A stretch of DNA of 64,000 nt, taken from positions 8,394 to 72,393 of IMG/VR virus record IMGVR_UViG_3300033067_001199; one strand, 5' to 3'. The notes under the pieces were generated by a model. That model was not told the DNA's origin. It saw only the letters and a program-made list of their open reading frames with translations, and did no database searches. Shown here piece after piece: positions 57,801 to 64,000 of this stretch (the first letter of the stretch is position 1; every line of letters begins with the position of its first letter). A program made the position numbers and the translations under genes. This DNA is from a virus. Taxonomy: Duplodnaviria; Caudoviricetes.

Positions 57801-60800
57801 CTGCATGAGCGCCATCCGGAACAAAATTTTCTCCGTCTTTATTCATTCCCAGAAACTCCTTTGCCATCTTCGCCTTTTCCTCTCTGGCTTTCATCAATCT
57901 GCCAAATGCTTGAACATCTGCTTCACTAAACCCAGACTTTGCCGCTTGAACCTCTTTTATTGCTTTCGATTTTGGAGCAGCTACCGAGTCGCCTATGGCC
58001 ACAACTTTAGCCTTTGGATGCAATACGCCCTTTTCCCCAGACTTATAAACGGTCACCACATCTCCAATCTTTTCAGCCGGCTTTCCAAACTCTCTTCTAA
58101 GTGTTTCAATCGGGTTAGCCAGGTCACCAAGCGTTAAGGCCTTGAACTCTGGGTGCTCCCTTTCAAACTGCATAACCTCCTCGCGGATATCGCCCATGTC
58201 GGCTTTCATCTGGTTAGCCACCTGCTGAATTAAATCAGAATCATTTAGGTTAAATGGATGGTCTGGAACTGCATGGTTGTAGGTATGGAATATCTGCACC
58301 TTTCTACCAAGTGCAAGGTGTTTCTTAATCCGATCAATGGAATGCTTTGCCTTAATAGCTTCCGTCAACTGATTAAGGTAGTGCCAATCCATTTTCTTTC
58401 TCAACAACTCATCAAGATACTTATACTTCTTCTCCCTTGTTTCTCTGCTCACTAACTCTATTCCTGCGTCAATCTGCTTTCCTAGTTCATCATCAACCAG
58501 AACGAAATCACGCGAATAATCGTGGTCAACAGAAAGCGCCCTATCGCTCATTACTCCCCTCTGGAACATTCTATCAATGTAGTCCCTTTCCAAAATACCA
58601 GAGTCAACACCAGCGTCCGGCTGTGTCAACTTGTTATACCTCATCCGATATCCGAAGTTCTTTATGTAGAACAAATCTCTAGCATCGCCAGAATTGTATC
58701 CTTGACTACCTGCGTAATCAACTCCCTCTTTTATTGTTTCCAGATATCCGTCAACATACTCTAGGTTGAATGGATGGCTGAAAGGCGTAGCAGATAGAAA
58801 CACAACTTTTGTTTTGTTCAGTTGGTTCATATACTCCTCATGCAGCGCCTCATCAAGTTTCTTTACGCTATCTGAATTTCCCCTAGCCGACTTCAATCTC
58901 TCATCGTAAGCTATCTTTTCCTTTGCCAACCTCATAGCTACTGAAGGAGATTTTGAAACCTCTCTGTGCTTTCTGGTTATAGCCGTTGTGCTTCCCTCTT
59001 GATTTCTCATCAAGGCATGGCTTTCGTCATAAATAACCAAGTCCCAATCCTTTTTAGTGATGGCATCGTTATCCAGAAAGTTCTTGTGGGTAGTGATAGA
59101 AAGCCCCTCGCCTCCATCCTTTGTATCCTCCAACCTGTAACCCTCCATCTGCATCTTGCTGGCTGCGCGTATCCAATCGCTTATCATCTTCTGGTTAGGA
59201 GTAGCGATAAGGATATTCTTCTTTCCCTCTTTGTAGAACCTCTTTGCAATTCCAAGGGCAGTATATGTTTTACCGGTTCCTGTTCCGTTTGTAAACATCA
59301 TACCTTTTCCAAACTGATTCTCTGGCGTATTGTGCTCCGGAGAAAAGAATCTGGTTTCCGCCTTATACACATCGTCATGCTGTTCCTTGAAAAGGTACGG
59401 TAGCGTTTCCGCTATGTTATCCTTATCCAGAACCTTAACAGGAATGTATTCAGCCTCCGCCTGTAACTTTACTTTTCTTGCATCTTCTTTTTCAGCAAGT
59501 TCATTAAGTCTTCTTGTTCGCTCCAAGATAGACTCCTCTCCTGTGCCTCCATCTGTGCCGCTTCCTCCAAGGTCGGCACCTCCGGTAGCTGGCTTATCCA
59601 TCTTGGGTTCTTCTCTTTGAAGCTCTTTATCGCTTCCCTTTCCAGAAACAGGGGCGCTATCTGTTGGTAGCTGTTTATCACCGAGTCCGAGTAGCCCGCT
59701 TTCGTCAAGTCGTTCCCCTCCTTCTCCAATTCTTCCTCCATCTCCTCCTGTGTTTTCAGGTTGAACATCTTCTTTGCCCAACTCGTCTTCAACTTTTCGC
59801 TCTTTGCTAGTTGATTCCAATTTTCCAATGGTAGTTGATACATACGGTTCAATTTTATTTTTATCAATATAATCCTTAAAAGCATTTTTTAAAGCAATAA
59901 CAGTAGCCTCTTCCCTCCTCATCAACTTGCCGTTTAGCTTGTTAATCATCAGGATTCTGTCGGTGGTGTTTAGGTCACCGTTCATCTTCAGCATCAGCGA
60001 TTCAGTCAAATATCTGTCAGTAGGGTTATCCCTCCAACCCTCTACAATATCCTTTATCGCTGGCGTAGGGTATTCCCGATCAACGGCCTTTATTTCTTGA
60101 ACCGGTTCTTCGGAGTAGCTTTCCTTTATGAAGGTATCGAAGTCGAACTTCTTAACCTCTTTCAAGTCGCTCAACTGCTCCGAAACGGCATCATCAGCGC
60201 CCATATGGAAAGAAGCATAAGCCGCTTTAAGTGCCGGCAGCAATCCCTTTGTCTTCTCTTCGCCCATAGCCTCAACAAGAGAAAGGACTATATCGGCAAA
60301 CTTGTAAGCGCCTTTCTGGGTGAACTTCCCTAAAATCTTAACACCCAAAGCTATTTGCTCCGGGTTCAACATCAATCCGCCAGGTGGAATAAGTTTTGAG
60401 AAATCATCCAGGTCGTTCAGCAAGTCTTCGTCAATCTTTACGATTTTCCGCTTAACCCCTTCCCTAAGTTTCCGAATTGTGGGTTTGGATTCTTCGGTGT
60501 CCTTAGAAGTTTGTTCGCCAGCATCTCCAACGTCCGTTGTTTTATCGCCATCGACTTCTTCTTTCGTATCCTTGCCGCGGTCGCTTCCATCTCGTCCGAG
60601 GTCATTTTCGGTTTGCCCATTATCTTCCTTACCAATTTCTGAGCTTCTGTCAGTTTCGTTGCCATATGCTTTCTTTTTTAAGTTCTCCAAACTATTTTCA
60701 AAATCTGCAAGTTCACCCGGACTCAACGAAGTTTTATCCATCGAGCCAAAGTCTTTCTTCGCTTTGTTGTATTCCTCAATAGCTTTCTTTTCCGCACTAC

Positions 60801-63800
60801 TGTTCGCTTGCTTTTCTTTCTCTGCCTTTTGGTAGCTAGTTTCCTTACCAGCTAGCCGGTCAGATATTTCATTCTTAACCTCATCTGGCAATTCGCTCCA
60901 TTTCCACTCATCAGCATACTCTGGAAGGTCGTATTTGTCCACTAATTCCGATGGAACATATTTAACCTTATCTACCCCAGCTAATTCATTCCACACCTTT
61001 TCATCCTCTGCCTCTTTAGCGAAATCATCAGCCGTAACCCCATTAAACTCCTCTTCTACTTTCTTTTCAATCTCGAATGGAATCTCATTACCTCCACCGC
61101 CAAACAAATCACCTTGATTAAGCCCAGCGCCTATCATGTTTCCCTTTTCGGAAACCAAGTCAAGCATACGCTTACGCAATGCCTTTAAATCTGCTTTGTG
61201 CTTTTCCTTTAGCGTTTCAGCTAACTTTACAAGGTTATCGTAATCCGGTGCCGTTGGCTTAACGTACTGCTTGTTATTAGGGTTATTAAAGCGCTCGTTC
61301 AGTTCGTCAATATGCCCCTGCTTTTCCTTTATCTTCTCATCCAACTCACTTCGCTTAGCCTCGTATTCGCTTTCCCCTTGAGTAACTGCCTGTATCCTTT
61401 TAAGATTCAGCATGGAGTTTTCGTTAAAGCCGATAGTTCCGACAATACTTGCCACTTTCTGAACAAAGTCCTCTCTGCGCGTAAACCTCTTTGACGCATC
61501 CTTATCGAGAAGAAAGTCATACATCTCATTCTCCTGCCTGTCGGTAAGAGAAGGTATTTGCCTCCTTGCGCTACCTACCCAATCCGCGATCCTGTCTGCC
61601 TCCTTTTGAGTAGCCCTGTCCTGCGAACCGGCTAATGCCGTAATTGCTGCAACCGTCTTTCCGTCTGGGTTGAGGTGGGATAGGTTGATTATAAAGGCGG
61701 AATTTCCCCTTTCCAGGTCTTTTGCCTTATCAGCAATTTCTTTCTTGCTGCTTCCAGCATCCCTCATCTTCCTGTAAATAGAAGCCCTCTCCAAAGGTGT
61801 TTCCATGGTACGGTTTGCATTGGCCTCCTCTTTAGCGTAAGCAATAGCCTCCGCCTCCGTTCCCTCAAAGTATGTAGCCTTTACCTTATCCAATCCCTTC
61901 TTCTTAACACCTGCAAATCTGTGGTGACCAGAAAGAACAATAGTTTTACCTGTGCTCGGGTCAATCCACACTACAACAGGGTCAAACTTTGCCGAGTTAT
62001 AGTTTTCGGCTATGGAGTTTACAACATCTTCATTAAGCGCCTGCCTGTTCTGGAACCTTGCCTCATCAGTTATGATATCCTTTATCGGCAACATGATTAC
62101 ATCGGAAGCCTCTGGCGTAGTTTCGGACTCTGGAACAACCGGCTCTTCTTTCCAATTATCCTCGATAAGTCCGTCAATTACCTCATGCGCAGTTTTATTG
62201 AAGTTTGATTCAATACCAGGGCGCTCGAACATTTCAGAAAACACATCCCTAACAAAAGCATCCGCATCTTCATTCTCAAGAACCAATCCCTTTTCGGCTG
62301 CATACTTTAATATCTCCGGTGCCGTTTCTTCATACTGATTAGCAACGTAAGAATGAACCTCCGCCTCCAAAGCCGAAATCTTCGACTCCATCTCCTTGAC
62401 ACCAGCCTTGTTTTTTGCTTTCTTAAAGGCCTCTAAGCTCTTCTGATACTCTGAAAGGATATCGGATACAATACCCTCCATGTTATTGTATTCAGTAGCC
62501 AAATCTGACACCTTGCTTCCTATAAACGCTAAACCCGAAGTATGCTTCGGGGCTTTTGTAATAGACAAATTCTCTTCCTGTATTCGCTCATCCTCCGTTA
62601 GCTGGGCGGCTAGGTCAGTTGATAGGTTATCATCGGCAGGAGGGGCAATATCATTCTCCTTTACTATGTCCCTCGATGTCAGTAGTGATTCTTCAACAAC
62701 TACCATTTCTTCATTAGCTTTTTCTGTTGTATCTAAGTTAGCTAATTCTGCATCATATTTAGCATTGATTTTAACCCCTAATTCACTCTCTGTTGTTACA
62801 CCTTGCTTTTTAAGTGTGTTTAATACAAAAGATAAATTATTATTGGTAATACCAATAGTACCATTTTCTTTCTTTATAAATTTATCAAGTAAGTCTTTAT
62901 GCTCTGGATAGGCTTCTACAAATAATTGAATACCTACATATAGGTTTTTCATTCTATCTCCTGTAATAACAGAAACTCCATCCCATTCTCTTTTAGCTTC
63001 ATTTCTAAAAGTTTCAAGAGGACTTTTTTTATCTTTAGAATCTCTAATATAAGACGTAGGTCTCCTTCTTTCTATATCAGCTTTTTTAGATTCTATATTA
63101 GAAATAGGATTTGTTTTAGCTTCTTCCAAAGCAGCTAATTCCGCATCATATTTTGCATTGATTTCTTCATTTGTAGCTATATAAGCAAGTTTATTGTTTT
63201 GGTCAATTAACTCTTCTGTCCAAGCTAATACATCTTCTAAAATACCTGTTATTGTACTTCTGTCAGGAATTTCTTTATTAAACCTTTTAGCCCATCTTTC
63301 TAATTGTTCAAATAATAAATCGCTAATAGCATTTATAAATTCAGAAAATAAATTAGATTTTTTACCTTCTGCTTTTGTGTTTTTTAAAGTATATTGAAAA
63401 CCTGTATTACTAAATGCTTCTGCAATAAATTCATCTAAATTAGTAAATCCATATTCTCTGGATTTAGGATTATCTCTTTTAACCTTTTGAAATATTCTTT
63501 GTAATTGTTCTATTGCATTTTTTTCTTTAGCTGTAAGTTTAGATTTAAAACCTGGTATTAAACCTTGTTTTTCAATATTATAATCTGATATTTTTGATGT
63601 AGTAAATCCATGTATAAACTCATGTATAAATGTGTGAACTTCATGTTCTTTTCCAGCTAAAATTCCATCAAGTGTTTCTTGAGAAATCATCATACCAAAC
63701 CAAGTAGCTTGTCCACTTGCATTTCTACCATTAATATATTCAGAATCTACAATAGTAGAATATTTACTAAAATCAATTAATTTTTCTAATATTCTAATAA

Positions 63801-64000
63801 TTATCCCCTGAACAGATGTTGCAGAGTATCTTTGTTTTAAAGACTCTACAATTTTTTTAGTATTTTCTCTACCTTCTTTTAATTTATCTTCCCCTATATT
63901 TTTAACAATTTCTAATTCTTCTTGTCTCCTTCTTTCTATATCAGCTTTTTTAGATTCTATATTAGAAATAGGATTTGTTTTAGCTTCTTCCAAAGCAGCT
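51886..64000 (-). CDS. Giant polyvalent (DarB-like) virion-associated protein, >4035 aa, 5'-truncated: zincin HEXXH, ParB-like, SF2 helicase, N6-adenine MTase, second HEXXH, LPD38-like C-terminus
   Basis: HEFIH 63610-63624; DPVVVW..LSGHHR ~61920; GTGTGKT ~59267-59286; DESH 59017-59028; SATP 58783-58794; QGEGRIYRIGQ 57208-57240; EPSAGHG ~56810-56833; NPPY 56635-56646; HELGH 55540-55554. The track start at 63993 is a TTG Leu; the frame is open to 64000. Confidence 0.85.
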   Translation of the reverse strand, partial: AALEEAKTNPISNIESKKADIERRRQEELEIVKNIGEDKLKEGRENTKKIVESLKQRYSATSVQGIIIRILEKLIDFSKYSTIVDSEYINGRNASGQATWFGMMISQETLDGILAGKEHEVHTFIHEFIHGFTTSKISDYNIEKQGLIPGFKSKLTAKEKNAIEQLQRIFQKVKRDNPKSREYGFTNLDEFIAEAFSNTGFQYTLKNTKAEGKKSNLFSEFINAISDLLFEQLERWAKRFNKEIPDRSTITGILEDVLAWTEELIDQNNKLAYIATNEEINAKYDAELAALEEAKTNPISNIESKKADIERRRPTSYIRDSKDKKSPLETFRNEAKREWDGVSVITGDRMKNLYVGIQLFVEAYPEHKDLLDKFIKKENGTIGITNNNLSFVLNTLKKQGVTTESELGVKINAKYDAELANLDTTEKANEEMVVVEESLLTSRDIVKENDIAPPADDNLSTDLAAQLTEDERIQEENLSITKAPKHTSGLAFIGSKVSDLATEYNNMEGIVSDILSEYQKSLEAFKKAKNKAGVKEMESKISALEAEVHSYVANQYEETAPEILKYAAEKGLVLENEDADAFVRDVFSEMFERPGIESNFNKTAHEVIDGLIEDNWKEEPVVPESETTPEASDVIMLPIKDIITDEARFQNRQALNEDVVNSIAENYNSAKFDPVVVWIDPSTGKTIVLSGHHRFAGVKKKGLDKVKATYFEGTEAEAIAYAKEEANANRTMETPLERASIYRKMRDAGSSKKEIADKAKDLERGNSAFIINLSHLNPDGKTVAAITALAGSQDRATQKEADRIADWVGSARRQIPSLTDRQENEMYDFLLDKDASKRFTRREDFVQKVASIVGTIGFNENSMLNLKRIQAVTQGESEYEAKRSELDEKIKEKQGHIDELNERFNNPNNKQYVKPTAPDYDNLVKLAETLKEKHKADLKALRKRMLDLVSEKGNMIGAGLNQGDLFGGGGNEIPFEIEKKVEEEFNGVTADDFAKEAEDEKVWNELAGVDKVKYVPSELVDKYDLPEYADEWKWSELPDEVKNEISDRLAGKETSYQKAEKEKQANSSAEKKAIEEYNKAKKDFGSMDKTSLSPGELADFENSLENLKKKAYGNETDRSSEIGKEDNGQTENDLGRDGSDRGKDTKEEVDGDKTTDVGDAGEQTSKDTEESKPTIRKLREGVKRKIVKIDEDLLNDLDDFSKLIPPGGLMLNPEQIALGVKILGKFTQKGAYKFADIVLSLVEAMGEEKTKGLLPALKAAYASFHMGADDAVSEQLSDLKEVKKFDFDTFIKESYSEEPVQEIKAVDREYPTPAIKDIVEGWRDNPTDRYLTESLMLKMNGDLNTTDRILMINKLNGKLMRREEATVIALKNAFKDYIDKNKIEPYVSTTIGKLESTSKERKVEDELGKEDVQPENTGGDGGRIGEGGERLDESGLLGLGDKQLPTDSAPVSGKGSDKELQREEPKMDKPATGGADLGGSGTDGGTGEESILERTRRLNELAEKEDARKVKLQAEAEYIPVKVLDKDNIAETLPYLFKEQHDDVYKAETRFFSPEHNTPENQFGKGMMFTNGTGTGKTYTALGIAKRFYKEGKKNILIATPNQKMISDWIRAASKMQMEGYRLEDTKDGGEGLSITTHKNFLDNDAITKKDWDLVIYDESHALMRNQEGSTTAITRKHREVSKSPSVAMRLAKEKIAYDERLKSARGNSDSVKKLDEALHEEYMNQLNKTKVVFLSATPFSHPFNLEYVDGYLETIKEGVDYAGSQGYNSGDARDLFYIKNFGYRMRYNKLTQPDAGVDSGILERDYIDRMFQRGVMSDRALSVDHDYSRDFVLVDDELGKQIDAGIELVSRETREKKYKYLDELLRKKMDWHYLNQLTEAIKAKHSIDRIKKHLALGRKVQIFHTYNHAVPDHPFNLNDSDLIQQVANQMKADMGDIREEVMQFEREHPEFKALTLGDLANPIETLRREFGKPAEKIGDVVTVYKSGEKGVLHPKAKVVAIGDSVAAPKSKAIKEVQAAKSGFSEADVQAFGRLMKAREEKAKMAKEFLGMNKDGENFVPDGAHADLKKIYDSIPDSVGAQLEMVGLAKKVMVGARGTKQTSTAWKIRFEDVDAVKEELMKSASKNAEVIESKTIQPAPKNSVTVEYPVRYEEEYTENGETKSRMKTETRTAVVDIDQTRQDSDQFMTFNGEVAKPLREANVKRFNDDFAGPNILLVQIQAGKEGISLHDQTGVHQRAQIRLDLPIEPVNAIQGEGRIYRIGQKSDAPFEYLGLHTNFEKNIFGQKISKRVGTAENLSSGSKARNLKESFLSGYLGASMFDPNVEQGVGGKRTDTTFNVLTPFEKAKTYYWQRRKGRQTDKGTDYFPTPEPLGYKMVDWLGLKSNEHFLEPSAGHGAIARFAPDNVNVTAVEPEYHLSSELSLFLPEGSRKEMMNFEDFHITNKYDGIAMNPPYGHAGTTAISHLAKAAKHLKDGGRITALVPEGAFNDKFAKWFYNNKETDNLALRAIIKLPTSTFERAGTKVATQILVIDRVDNPEIRQELGPYSNIDLTRHEDINDMFDSIEDMSLPERPVVEKKEVPEGEQKGKGVAGLELVETKHTKTGEPLFTVKMNTRLSPEDYQHLAAEAKRLGGYYSSYKGGGAIPGFIFKDKAKADQFLERQKSFDLGGDGASDSRLGSKPKKKDSVFDTFDSAVSKTDASLKESADNIDEKVDDLLGGYQNAVVNPTVKSDFTVADLKNAVHLKDISTQLIKDIADWSEENSGIGEKGVDYREGKNVRTGLVQWMRKGSTMGVFFSKTGIVNVNNLHDVNTLAHELGHWMDKEVFQISGKTGKIAGQRALTTELKAFLKKEGHYKVSTVEGVAEFLRVYITDPATAAKEMPNFLYFFENLIATEPKLKKAIETARQGYVHGYAAQDPRLLVQVAMENKKEKSDLMSGIKAMVSPNNEGKIVKDGLSGLSDKLTFELLDSTVYSQVLEKAMKEVNPSLPAGDNPMARVVKLLGSAGQIDVFGHGYQKAFDAFDGGNKLLAEGHLFAKSALELYDRADEARDAISDIEANGFETSIPWQTGHNLVYDPSKSGPDMFTVNGTPVVVGAKEQKQAVKEYKQEMERLKKHIELVDEHRGVVSMPRKTLEAVVALNEADPTLGGKAKLDKLSDDVREVSTQVLDYARENGLISQEDFDTIIKMREHYVSFKRVFEDFEKSFVGSGGSSNSLGSSTRKVVRSLNPSIDAARPIQRPMEGFLRNASDVVTMANKNAALRAHVDGLKMVDPSSVQEIPVSKLVYDKEGNLTWKSFEEVKGDPSMFQIVQVRENGKLKYYRVPKDIFETVFNYELSMPNDPLHRALSFPARVLKATAVYYNPEYAPRNIFRDTVTATMNSKYGFGQIGGIPAPYIKMLYTFPKGIFNALAYENPDNKLLNLFGDAGIYKKFLESGADQAFLVNVNHSEKIYRDFYGADGFQKVKDGWDNAKYWMKLINNYSEIGTRVSVFENAYKKTGSAELAAQEARESTADYARHGASLFMRKYTPLIPFLNPGLQHAKLLAKSAIDQPGKFMYAGAVGLTLPTLALWAINNNDEKTRKAYQALPSWRKECFWNLFILGPDRPPLSIPKGAAGILFGSSVETMLDNHFNNDALIKSVSKHEDTEALKGVASAFLQAYSPVQNLVDLTPQIIKPAVELWANKNSFTGQKIVPDRMKGLSPEEQYNDRTPEIIKAIGRNLGMSPLKMDHVLKGYTGGIGYGAFVTADYAMQKAGVVDEKNEDTFTTLSRLPITKVFTNETATGARSGYVSKFYQQLSDMEEINKTVNDKVVAGQDVEEWLGKDEYRRYLYQYYLENKKEITAFKGVLMAYRDIKGEWLKDNPDTAKMKMAEVDNSVAIVSKQMDDAFRKGEPMPDVQKVFLDLMNEQHSRKFDEKVQRERFKIGQGAGIDNLPVADKSVYEYTKLRNQKKKEIEQTAAYGGDVTQLSIDMAHLDKEISKAKKLPGEKAKWIFDNKLSGMDASSARAQINAMAEAPSGDPNHISEQVKKQLLDYYK
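62741..64000 (-). repeat. Coding direct repeats bounding domain modules: 77-bp identical copies at 63060-63136 and 63924-64000; 30-bp INAKYDAELA copies at 62741-62770 and 63134-63163 (2 mismatches)
   Basis: Direct comparison of the sequence; peptide INAKYDAELAALEEAKTNPISNIESKKADIERRR. Confidence 0.95.

Noticed and set aside
57455-58085. Intein in the helicase domain
   Set aside because: No Cys/Ser N-terminal block, no His-Asn C-terminal motif and no LAGLIDADG motifs.
1062-63397. Many 60-160-aa track ORFs antisense to or nested in long genes
   Set aside because: They are shadow ORFs of real genes on the opposite strand or frame, with no motifs or independent start signals.
63991-63993. Start codon of the giant ORF as given in the track
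   Set aside because: It is a TTG Leu within the repeated linker (AALEEAK); the frame stays open to 64000.
21499-64000. Diversity-generating retroelement (TR/VR) from the 52-bp and 77-bp repeat pairs
   Set aside because: The copies are identical rather than differing at adenines, and no reverse transcriptase is in the window.
1-64000. Calling the phage temperate or a prophage
   Set aside because: No integrase, att junction or flanking host genes are visible; the XRE regulator and lambdoid replication are suggestive only.

Overview
The window is about 64 kb of a tailed dsDNA phage genome; no host housekeeping genes are visible. The host is very likely Bacteroidota, based on repeated TAnnTTTG (-7) promoter boxes, AT-rich translation starts and signal peptides ending before Gln. 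Minus strand 1-24.2 kb holds a Crassvirales-like virion module (tail stabilisation protein, ring proteins, fibres, major capsid, scaffold, portal, large terminase), a triple-GroES protein and a RecT/exonuclease pair. Plus strand 24.4-29 kb is a lambdoid-type replication module (initiator, DnaB, DEDDh exonuclease, MTase). An isolated minus-strand fibre/chaperone unit lies at 29.4-30.7 kb. Plus strand 31.4-47.7 kb is an early/accessory region with small ORFs, a ligase domain, MTases, tRNA-Arg, RNase H, a RuvC-like nuclease and a glycosyltransferase fusion. Minus strand 47.8-64 kb holds the lysis cassette and a >4000-aa polyvalent DarB-like protein that runs off the window. The most notable unexplained signals are: (1) a family of attC-like inverted-repeat arms that bracket small AT-rich genes like integron cassettes, with no integrase in the window; (2) repeat-bounded AT-rich domain modules at the N-terminal end of the giant protein; (3) a three-domain GroES; (4) fibre-like proteins carrying Sec signal peptides. 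All family assignments come from motif recognition by eye; no database searches were run.
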